Source of the DNA: a virus
IMG/VR virus record: IMGVR_UViG_3300007735_000799
Span: 32,001-96,000 of that record
Length of the DNA: 64,000 bases
Strand: one strand, 5' to 3'
A model generated the notes under the pieces. That model worked only from the letters and a program-made list of their open reading frames with translations. It did not search any database and was not told where the DNA came from. This document shows positions 53,669 through 62,081 of the stretch, one piece after another (positions within the stretch are counted from its first letter, which is position 1; each line of letters opens with the position of its first letter). Position numbers and translations under genes: made by a program.

Positions 53669-54142
53669 TTATTGTTTATTGTTTTTCTTTGAGTTTTCCC
53701 AAAGTTCCCAAATCATCGTTGGGTTTTTTTGCACTTGATTTTTTATGTCGTTTTCCATTTTGTTTAACGAGTCTTCAGTTGGAGTCTCTGAAAATGGAAT
53801 TCCCTCATTTTCCATCCATTCTCCTCCTGTAGAATCCAAAATTTTCCATCTACTTCTTTCAGGGTTATTGGTATCAAGGAAACTACTAGCCCTAAGAATA
53901 GAAAGACTGTTTGCTCGATAAAGGTTGTACACACTGTCGCAAAAATTTACATAATCCAAAAAATTTACAAATTCAAATGAGTCTAACGACAAAATTAAAT
54001 CTGTGTAGTCTACCGCAATTCCATCAATATAATAAACTTTACAGATCTTTATGTTTTGATTTTCTATAAAAATTTCACAGTCATTCAAAATTACTCTATA
54101 GTTGTGAGTGACTTTATTTGTATTACTCATATTATTACTCAA
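53669..54142 (-). CDS. AT-rich hypothetical protein
   Basis: Coupled to receiver-like gene. Confidence 0.5.
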   Translation of the reverse strand: MSNNMSNTNKVTHNYRVILNDCEIFIENQNIKICKVYYIDGIAVDYTDLILSLDSFEFVNFLDYVNFCDSVYNLYRANSLSILRASSFLDTNNPERSRWKILDSTGGEWMENEGIPFSETPTEDSLNKMENDIKNQVQKNPTMIWELWENSKKNNKQ

Positions 54143-54537
54143 TTTCCAATAAGTTTAAAAAGATTTTTCATTGTCCAAGCCCACGGAATTTTAAATGTGT
54201 AATTTTGAGTTCTAGCAAATAAAGAAAGAATATCTTGCGCTCCAACAGAATTTGCAGAATGCACAACAAGAAGAGTGGAATCTGAAATATCGCCGTCATC
54301 AATCTTCTGACGAACCGCTCGGGCAAAAGGCAGAGAAGTAACATACTCACCAGCAGATCCCTCTCCCAAATCGTGATCGAAACAAATCACATCATAATTG
54401 TTAGTCATCAATAAATCAAAAGCCTCCACACAAGTGTATGCAGAATCAACTCGGCAATTTGGGTTGTTTTGAATGAATGCGGCGTGACGATGTTCATCGT
54501 CATCAAGAACCAATACAATAATAGGGTGGGTATTCAC
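54139..54537 (-). CDS. cyclic-phosphate processing receiver-like domain protein
   Basis: LVLDDD...DVICFDHDLG...VVHSANSVGA; TTGACT-16-TATACT promoter 7 nt before GTG start. Confidence 0.75.
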   Translation of the reverse strand: MNTHPIIVLVLDDDEHRHAAFIQNNPNCRVDSAYTCVEAFDLLMTNNYDVICFDHDLGEGSAGEYVTSLPFARAVRQKIDDGDISDSTLLVVHSANSVGAQDILSLFARTQNYTFKIPWAWTMKNLFKLIGN

Positions 54538-54612
54538 ACTAAAAGTATATCACATTGCTCAAAACAGTCAACTTGTTTTACAAAAATTAAAATATAAGAT
54601 TTTAAATTAAAA

Positions 54613-55320
54613 TTATGCTTCCCAACCCGAAACACCCTCTCGTTGACTTATCCTCTTTACAGGATCTATTATAACTTCAGGAAATTTTATTGGAACTGGA
54701 GGAACAACTACTCCACCACCAGGTCTAATTACAGGAGGTAAAGGGGGTTTTCCATTTTGTTTACAGGCATCTTCGGCTTTCTTTCTTTTATCACAGCAAT
54801 TACAAGGAATTGGTGGTGTGTTAAAGGGAGGATAATTTGTTCCAACACTTTCAGCCCATTCTTTATTAGCAGCATCTATTTCTTTTTGATATTCTTCATA
54901 ACCTTTATTGTATATGTTATTGTATATGTTGTTACATTCTTGACAAGCACGACTTTGCAGGCTACTCCCTTGATTTCCGCAACTTTTTGTTTTATATGTA
55001 CAATACGGAAATTTTTCTACATCTTCAGCACAATCGTTTGAACTACACAGAGGATTACCAGGAATTCCAGGAGCGTAAACCCCGCGTCCAGATTCGCGGA
55101 TGCATAGTGGTGCTTCTTGGCAGTCTATTCTAGCCTTAATTGCTTCGTGCACCACTCCAGGAACTAAAAGTTCATTGCTGTTTGGAGGCGGCTTAAATTT
55201 TCCAAACAGTTTTTCTTGAGCGAGTTTTATTCTCGCATCTCTTTTTGCTCCAGCCGCGCTTAGACATTCCTCGTATATTTTGTCTGCATAGGATTTACAA
55301 TCAATTGAGTCGAGTGGCAT
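54613..55320 (-). CDS. Cys-rich protein with Pro-rich tail
   Basis: Helical segments bracketed by Cys, TNYPP and CNCCDK; CATAAATA late promoter at 55362. Confidence 0.65.
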   Translation of the reverse strand: MPLDSIDCKSYADKIYEECLSAAGAKRDARIKLAQEKLFGKFKPPPNSNELLVPGVVHEAIKARIDCQEAPLCIRESGRGVYAPGIPGNPLCSSNDCAEDVEKFPYCTYKTKSCGNQGSSLQSRACQECNNIYNNIYNKGYEEYQKEIDAANKEWAESVGTNYPPFNTPPIPCNCCDKRKKAEDACKQNGKPPLPPVIRPGGGVVVPPVPIKFPEVIIDPVKRISQREGVSGWEA

Positions 55321-55379
55321 ATTAGAGGTTCCTTTAAAGGTTTTGTTTTAAATTACAAAAATATTTATGAAAAACAATT

Positions 55380-56975
55380 TTAAACACCGATTGCTCCACC
55401 ACTACTTATGATACCATCTATAACTCCAGGCAAACTGCTAAGAGAGGAAGCAAATGCTTCGTAAATATCTCCAAAATTACAAGGAATAAGTTCGGGATCG
55501 GGATGCCAACCACAAGCACATCTGTGAGAGTGTACAAAAACACCATACGAAGTCATAACTTGACATGTATTAGCGTGTTTATTAGCGGGTGTATTAGCGG
55601 GTGTATCCCCCGTACAACCCGGACCACAAACTGTCCAAGTATTGATAGCGTATGATGATGGAGGATTCACATCGCCGTTAACTAAACCACATTTTGTACA
55701 ATCGGGTCCTGGTGCACTTCCTCCGTAACCGCTTCTTGGCGGGCAATTTTTCTTAAATCCATTTTGTCCAGGCGTTGCTGCAACATTAGTATTCAGGTAA
55801 TTTTCATTTATATTATCGTAATAAGTTGGAATATACTTGTTGCCCATTAAAAGAGTTAATCCAACTCCTTGAACGCAAGAACCACTACCATCAGAACCTG
55901 ATGAAGAATTTCCACTGCAACCATCTACATCTTTGTCACAACAGCCACTTTTTATTGCGTCTTCCATATCGTTATAGTACTGCTCGGCGGCTGTATATCT
56001 TTCTATTTGCTCGGCATTACGAACAGTTGTTGTCCAATTTTCACATTTTTGATTTAAACATACAACTAAATTCGCTAGTGATCCTAAAAGGATAGCGAGA
56101 GCAACATAGGGAACTGCTCTACCAGTTGCTAGTAAAAGTGTTCTTAAATTACCAATTGTGGAACCCACTAAACCAACAAAAATAACACCAAAGGTTTTAA
56201 GTGCTCCTCTTATTCCTCCAGAGAATTTTGAGAAATTTGCTCTAATGCTTTCTTTGATGTTTTTTAATTCGTGTTGAACCAAAGTGCTAAAAGAAGTTAT
56301 GTTTCTTTTGGGTAGTGTTAACAGATATCTTAGTTTGTTTTCAATTTCTCCTTTTAGAAGCCTTAACGCATCTTTTTCTGGATTTGTAAGTTTTCTGTTT
56401 TTCGTAGGATGCCAACCACTAAACAACATTTCTTCTATTACTTTAAGTTTTTCTCTTTGACCTAGTATTTGCCTATCAAGATTCTCATTAAAAAATATAT
56501 TTTCCAGCATTTCCTTTGTTGTAAGAGCCTTAATATTGTTTATTCTTTCAACAATCCAAGTGCTAGCACTTCCAAGAGCAACAGATAAATCTATTAGGTA
56601 AGTAAAAATAAGAGCAATACCAAATATTTTCATCAAAAAAGAAATCCAGTCTTCCAGACAGTCTAATGCACCATATATAAAGTCTTGTGCCGCTTTTGTA
56701 ATTTTACTGTTTACGGCTCCTAATCTTTTTTCAAAGTTACAATAAATTTCATTAAAAGTATCCGCACAGTCTTTGCTTATGGTGTCGGCATTTTCTCCGA
56801 TAATTGTAGTAACAGAATCTAAACTTTTACCCACATAAAGAGGAAGTTTGTTTATTGGCATGGAATAAGGATATTCCGCGCCTTTAAAATATACAGTAGA
56901 CAACAACATTCCACTTTCATAGTTTAATCCTGTCGGAATGACATTGGTATATAAAAATTGTTCAATTCGTCCCAT
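55380..56975 (-). CDS. Cys-rich hairpin/TM paralogue A2
   Basis: Start reset to MGRIEQFLYTN; SGCCDK and VQGVGLTLLMGNKYIPTYYDNIN core. Confidence 0.75.
   Translation of the reverse strand: MGRIEQFLYTNVIPTGLNYESGMLLSTVYFKGAEYPYSMPINKLPLYVGKSLDSVTTIIGENADTISKDCADTFNEIYCNFEKRLGAVNSKITKAAQDFIYGALDCLEDWISFLMKIFGIALIFTYLIDLSVALGSASTWIVERINNIKALTTKEMLENIFFNENLDRQILGQREKLKVIEEMLFSGWHPTKNRKLTNPEKDALRLLKGEIENKLRYLLTLPKRNITSFSTLVQHELKNIKESIRANFSKFSGGIRGALKTFGVIFVGLVGSTIGNLRTLLLATGRAVPYVALAILLGSLANLVVCLNQKCENWTTTVRNAEQIERYTAAEQYYNDMEDAIKSGCCDKDVDGCSGNSSSGSDGSGSCVQGVGLTLLMGNKYIPTYYDNINENYLNTNVAATPGQNGFKKNCPPRSGYGGSAPGPDCTKCGLVNGDVNPPSSYAINTWTVCGPGCTGDTPANTPANKHANTCQVMTSYGVFVHSHRCACGWHPDPELIPCNFGDIYEAFASSLSSLPGVIDGIISSGGAIGV
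55806..55873. repeat. 68-bp identical core, copy 1 of 4 (also 57439..57506, 59093..59160, 60689..60756)
   Basis: atttatattatcgtaataagttggaatatacttgttgcccattaaaagagttaatccaactccttgaa compared by eye in all four. Confidence 0.95.
56868..56933. repeat. 66-bp identical block shared by A2 and A1 (copy at 60125..60190)
   Basis: aggatattccgcgcctttaaaatatacagtagacaacaacattccactttcatagtttaatcctgt. Confidence 0.92.
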
Positions 56976-56997
56976 ATGAGTGTCCCGTTTCTTATGT

Positions 56998-58743
56998 TTA
57001 CATTCCGCCATAGCCCACAGATCCTGGTCCGTTTCGGGATAACCAGTCACCAATATAGGATGCAAAATCTGTCATTCCTTGTTTAAACAACGAAAGACCA
57101 TCTGAAAGAAGGTTTCCTATTTCGTATGGTGCTGGAGGGTGTTCTACATGTCCGAAGTAGCCTCCTTCGTTAGCCCAACCCGTTTTATCGGGGTATCCAC
57201 AAGCGCATTCAGGCGACGGCACTGTTAAAGACCCAAAACCCAGAGAAATTTGTTTAGTACACCCATTCCAAGGATTGTTGTTTGGGTATGCTCGGAACTC
57301 ACCACTGTCGTCAGGATCTATAATTTTTCCGTATTTAGTACAATCAGGGCCACCAATGCTTCCTGGTTTTGGAGGACAATTTGGTTTCCAACCGTTTACT
57401 CCAGGCGTTGCTGCAACATTAGTATTCAGGTAATTTTTATTTATATTATCGTAATAAGTTGGAATATACTTGTTGCCCATTAAAAGAGTTAATCCAACTC
57501 CTTGAACGCAAGAACCACTGCCGCTGCCGAAACCACTGCCACCACCACTGCCGCCATTGCAGTCTCCGCTACCTTTATCACAGCAGCCACTTTTTATCAG
57601 ATCATTGATTTCTTTTTCGTATCTAACTTCAGCACAAAATATACTATCAGGGTAATTTTTGCATGCGTTTTCTCTATCTGGTCCTAAATAATTTCCTCTT
57701 CCAACCGCTTGATCTATAGCAGATTGCCAACGACGATTGGCCTTGTCGATATTGTCTACTAGTTTTTGATAAGAGTTTAAAAGTGCTTGGACTAGTAGAT
57801 ACATCAAATAAACATCTAGCACATTGATAAGTAGTTTAATAGTCAACTTTAATACTAGCCAAAAGACTTGAAGAACTGTCTTAAATCCTGATAGAATTTT
57901 TGTTATTATATTTATACTTACACTGCCTTTTCTTGCCTTTTTAACCCAATCTTTAGATAACTGTGCTGCGGAAGGTGAACTGTTTCCCCAAGTGGCAACT
58001 GCGGGAAATCTTGAAACAATATCTCTTATGAGAGAGTTAAGAATTGCTTGTCGTAAACGAAGTCTGTTTAATTCATCAAGTAATTGTGATCTTTTTGCAT
58101 CGGTCATGTTAGTTCTAACAGACCGCCAATCAGGAACAGTACCTCCAGTACCACCAAGCAGGAGTATTATTTCACTCATACGCTTTTGATTGTTTTTTAA
58201 TTCTGTCGTATATGCTACCCATTCTGCTTTCATTTGACTATACTGCTGATACAAGCCAGTTGAGATGTCTGTACGAACTACAACACCAGCGGCAACAAGA
58301 GCAGCATACTCTTCAGGAGTATTGAATGCTTCGGCAAATTTATCAGTCAAAATTGCTGGTATGTTAAAAACAGTATATAATGCAGTTGCTTCCCCCAACA
58401 GACTACCGTATTCATACAGACTATCAATAATATCATCATACCAGTTGGAATATGCGTTCCTAATTTGTATGTTAGAGGTTGCTAATGATACTTCTAATTT
58501 ACGAAAGACATTATGGAAGTTATTCAAACATTCTTGAGATACATCGTCAGGATTGCCAGTCAGCATTTTTGTTAAAGAGTCTTTTGATTTACCAACATAT
58601 AAAGGTAAATTGTTGGGAAGAATTAAGTATGGATACTCAGAGCCCTCAGTTTGTACCAAAGACCTTAAAATATCAGTTTGATAATTTAATCCTGTTGGTA
58701 TGTTGTTTGTGTATAAAAAATGTTCAATTCTGTTAGATTGCAT
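56998..58743 (-). CDS. Cys-rich hairpin/TM paralogue B2
   Basis: MQSNRIEHFLYTN; same core; hydrophobic hairpin. Confidence 0.75.
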   Translation of the reverse strand: MQSNRIEHFLYTNNIPTGLNYQTDILRSLVQTEGSEYPYLILPNNLPLYVGKSKDSLTKMLTGNPDDVSQECLNNFHNVFRKLEVSLATSNIQIRNAYSNWYDDIIDSLYEYGSLLGEATALYTVFNIPAILTDKFAEAFNTPEEYAALVAAGVVVRTDISTGLYQQYSQMKAEWVAYTTELKNNQKRMSEIILLLGGTGGTVPDWRSVRTNMTDAKRSQLLDELNRLRLRQAILNSLIRDIVSRFPAVATWGNSSPSAAQLSKDWVKKARKGSVSINIITKILSGFKTVLQVFWLVLKLTIKLLINVLDVYLMYLLVQALLNSYQKLVDNIDKANRRWQSAIDQAVGRGNYLGPDRENACKNYPDSIFCAEVRYEKEINDLIKSGCCDKGSGDCNGGSGGGSGFGSGSGSCVQGVGLTLLMGNKYIPTYYDNINKNYLNTNVAATPGVNGWKPNCPPKPGSIGGPDCTKYGKIIDPDDSGEFRAYPNNNPWNGCTKQISLGFGSLTVPSPECACGYPDKTGWANEGGYFGHVEHPPAPYEIGNLLSDGLSLFKQGMTDFASYIGDWLSRNGPGSVGYGGM

Positions 58744-58753
58744 TTAAATTCCG

Positions 58754-60241
58754 TTATCTATCACCTATTGCTCCACCTGTGTCTAAAACTCCGTCTATAA
58801 TACCAGGAATACTTCTAACCAAAGTTAAAATCCCACCAAGTGCTGAATCAAGAATATCCTTTAAATCACATGGATCTAATGATGGTTCCTTTTTCCATCC
58901 ACACGCACAGGTATGATTAGGAATCGGAATTCCTAATGAAGAAGTTATCGGTTTATCCTTACACTTTTCCCATTTATTATCATCAGGAGTTCTAGTTAAT
59001 CCACAGGTTAGACAATTAAATTGTGGAGGACAATTTGGTTTCCAACCGTTTACTCCAGGCGTTGCTTCAACACTAGTATTCAAGTAATTTTCATTTATAT
59101 TATCGTAATAAGTTGGAATATACTTGTTGCCCATTAAAAGAGTTAATCCAACTCCTTGAATACCAGAACCACTGCCACTACCGTTATCACAGCAACCTGA
59201 TTTAAATATTGCTTCCATAGTGTCATAGTATAGGATTGCTGCGTTAGATCTGTCTATCTGTTCAAGATCTCGAATTTTTGTTAATCTTTTTTCACAAGCG
59301 GCTGTAAAACATTGGTACAGTTTTGTATTAGCATATATCAATACTGATAAAGCGACCCAAGGAAGTAATCGTGCTAATCCCGCCGCCAAAGTACCAAGTA
59401 ATGTTTTAATTTTTGAAAAAAATGTACTAATAAATACTTTCGCTTTGTTTAAAACTCCGGAAACTCCTGAAGTGCCACTTTTTGTGTACTGTTTAACTAG
59501 TCTTTCAATTTCTTGTGCTTCTCGCTCTAATTCGGCAGTTATATAGTTTAGCGGACGAAGTTGTTGTCTCAAATTTCGTAATTCAACGATCAATTCTTCT
59601 CTAAACTTAACGAGAACCCGGCGAACAAGCGGTCCTTCGGGCTTATGACCGTTACGACCAACCAACTGACCTGTAATTTCTTCAATAGTGTCCTCTAGAT
59701 ATTCGATTCGATTTTTAAGTGCATCATTGAACTGTTGATTTGCTGCGGTTTGCTTTCCAATTGCTTCTTTATGTTTTGCTATTCTTGCCGTCAGCCAGGC
59801 TGGAATAGTAGCAGTAATTCCTGATTCTAATCCAGATTCAAGGATATATTCAAATGCTTCTGATAATAAATTTATTCCTAGAAGTGCGCCATAAGTACGA
59901 GCCCAAGTTAAAAGACAATTCATAATATCGTCAACCCAGTTTTCATCCGCTTTATCAATTGAATATTGTATTGATTCTAAATTTTTTTCAAACCCACAAT
60001 AATTTTGATTAAATTTTTCTTGGCATTCTGTGGATATAGAGTCACTATCAATACCACTCATATTTTTTGTAAGAGAGTCTCTACTTTTTCCAACATAATT
60101 TGGCAGATTAAAAATGTCTATATGAGGATATTCCGCGCCTTTAAAATATACAGTAGACAACAACATTCCACTTTCATAGTTTAATCCTGTGGGAATAGCA
60201 TTTTGATATAAAAATAACTGAATTCTATTATTGATTATCAT
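58754..60241 (-). CDS. Cys-rich hairpin/TM paralogue A1
   Basis: NNRIQLFLYQN; same core. Confidence 0.75.
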   Translation of the reverse strand: MIINNRIQLFLYQNAIPTGLNYESGMLLSTVYFKGAEYPHIDIFNLPNYVGKSRDSLTKNMSGIDSDSISTECQEKFNQNYCGFEKNLESIQYSIDKADENWVDDIMNCLLTWARTYGALLGINLLSEAFEYILESGLESGITATIPAWLTARIAKHKEAIGKQTAANQQFNDALKNRIEYLEDTIEEITGQLVGRNGHKPEGPLVRRVLVKFREELIVELRNLRQQLRPLNYITAELEREAQEIERLVKQYTKSGTSGVSGVLNKAKVFISTFFSKIKTLLGTLAAGLARLLPWVALSVLIYANTKLYQCFTAACEKRLTKIRDLEQIDRSNAAILYYDTMEAIFKSGCCDNGSGSGSGIQGVGLTLLMGNKYIPTYYDNINENYLNTSVEATPGVNGWKPNCPPQFNCLTCGLTRTPDDNKWEKCKDKPITSSLGIPIPNHTCACGWKKEPSLDPCDLKDILDSALGGILTLVRSIPGIIDGVLDTGGAIGDR

Positions 60242-60248
60242 GGTTGAT

Positions 60249-60317
60249 CCTCCTGCAACTACTATATCTGGAATTATTCATTATTCTCCTCCTGTAACTA
60301 CTATATCTGGAATTATT
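60249..60317. repeat. 30-bp direct repeat with 1 mismatch at B1/A1 junction
   Basis: cctcctg(c/t)aactactatatctggaattatt at 60249..60278 and 60288..60317. Confidence 0.9.
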
Positions 60318-62020
60318 GTCCTGACATAATCAATAAGCCCTTGGTGAAGACTTTCAAATCCTTGATAAAAAGTTGATACAAAATCGCAAGGACTAACGGC
60401 TGGCTTGTTTGGACGAGGCCAACCACAGGCACATGTGTGGTTTTGAACAGATACTACCGGACTATTTGGATCCGTTGTATTTCCCACAATAGTTACCACA
60501 GGATCAGTACAAATGCTCCATGTATTTTTATCATAAACCGTCCCCGACGAGGAGTTCGTTTCGTCTGCTACTTTGGTTTTACATCTAACGCAATTAGCAG
60601 AATAAGGTGAACCAGGCATAGGCGGGCAATTTGGCTTAAATTCGTATTTTCCTATCACCGATTCTTCATTCGTATTCAGGTAATTTTCATTTATATTATC
60701 GTAATAAGTTGGAATATACTTGTTGCCCATTAAAAGAGTTAATCCAACTCCTTGAACGCAAGAACCACTGCCGCTACCGCTGTTTGATCCACCATTGCAT
60801 CCTCCGCTACCTTTATCACAGCAGCCACTATTTAATATATTTTGAAGACTCTCATAATATTCCTTAGCGGCTTCTGCTCTTTGATTCTCTGCCGAACGAA
60901 CCGTTCTTTCCCATTTTGCACATGCTTGTGATATTTGTTGTTTTAGATTTCCCAACCCTGCAATTAATGCTGATACCGCATAAATTCCAGCAGCAACAAT
61001 AATAACACTCAATGCTATCAAAGTTAATTTTAATGCTATAATAAACGCTCCAACTGCTGCTCCAAGTAAAGAAAAAAGTTTAAGCCATTCCTCCGCTGTT
61101 GGAAGATAAACAGACCCTCGTCTCCAAAAATTTTCTCCGGCAAAATAAGTGTCGCTCTTCCTAGCCATCAGTGTTTTAATAAGAAGATTTATAGTATTTC
61201 TAAAATCTGCCGTAATCGACCCTATTGTTCCAGGACCACCGAACAACTGTGGATTATTTTTTACTATACTTAAAAGTTCAGCAGCGGTTCCTCTTATAGT
61301 ATCTCTCATTATATTCAGTGTTGCTCCAAGTCTGTTTGCTTGAGCGCGCAATATTTTAAGTTCTTTATCAATATCAAAGAGGACACTTTGCTGGCTCATC
61401 TGTCTTCGAACTGCTTCCAATTGAGCAATTCTCTTTCTTGTTTTCATAAATTCAGCGTTTGTCTTTTGAAATTGTATATCTAAGTTCAACAAGTCTTCCA
61501 AATATTCTTGGGCTTGTTGAAATATTGGATCATCTCCTTGAAAACCACCCGCAAATCCTACTGCGAGTATATAATTCGGATCAGTTTTAATATCAAAACC
61601 GTCTTCGCCGACTGGAGTAGTTCCAGCAAGAGAATTTATAAAATTTAAATATAATTCTGGAAGTGGAAATATATCTCTTAAAATGCCAACCCAATCTACC
61701 AATGCACCGCTAATATCCTTAACAAATGTATCTCTTGCGTCTATGATTTTTTTGTTTATACCAGCCAATTTATATTCAAAATTGCAATAAGTGTTTTCGA
61801 AGTCATTCAAACATGCTTGAGATACCTCGTCAGGATTGCTAGTCAGCATTTGTGTTAAAGAATCTTTTGATTTACCAACATAACTAGGCAGTTCAGGTGG
61901 TAAAAATGGGTACTCTGCTCCCTCGTGATACACCAAAGACCGCAACATCGCTGTTTCATAATTTAACCCTTTTGGGTGATTATTGGTGTAAATAAAGTGT
62001 TGAATTCTGTTAAATTGCAT
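60281..62020 (-). CDS. Cys-rich hairpin/TM paralogue B1
   Basis: MQFNRIQHFIYTN; same core; CTAAATA late promoter at 62057..62063. Confidence 0.75.
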   Translation of the reverse strand: MQFNRIQHFIYTNNHPKGLNYETAMLRSLVYHEGAEYPFLPPELPSYVGKSKDSLTQMLTSNPDEVSQACLNDFENTYCNFEYKLAGINKKIIDARDTFVKDISGALVDWVGILRDIFPLPELYLNFINSLAGTTPVGEDGFDIKTDPNYILAVGFAGGFQGDDPIFQQAQEYLEDLLNLDIQFQKTNAEFMKTRKRIAQLEAVRRQMSQQSVLFDIDKELKILRAQANRLGATLNIMRDTIRGTAAELLSIVKNNPQLFGGPGTIGSITADFRNTINLLIKTLMARKSDTYFAGENFWRRGSVYLPTAEEWLKLFSLLGAAVGAFIIALKLTLIALSVIIVAAGIYAVSALIAGLGNLKQQISQACAKWERTVRSAENQRAEAAKEYYESLQNILNSGCCDKGSGGCNGGSNSGSGSGSCVQGVGLTLLMGNKYIPTYYDNINENYLNTNEESVIGKYEFKPNCPPMPGSPYSANCVRCKTKVADETNSSSGTVYDKNTWSICTDPVVTIVGNTTDPNSPVVSVQNHTCACGWPRPNKPAVSPCDFVSTFYQGFESLHQGLIDYVRTIIPDIVVTGGE

Positions 62021-62081
62021 TTGTCCCCCAATTGATTTTAATTTTTTTACTGTTAATATTTAGGTTTTTGCCTATATTGTG

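Noticed and set aside
55579-55605. 12-bp tandem duplication attagcgggtgt
   Set aside because: Only two copies, in frame (TPAN); local slippage
55806-60756. Diversity-generating retroelement or CRISPR array
   Set aside because: Repeats are in-frame coding blocks 1.6 kb apart, flanking differences are not adenine-specific, and no reverse transcriptase or cas gene is in the window
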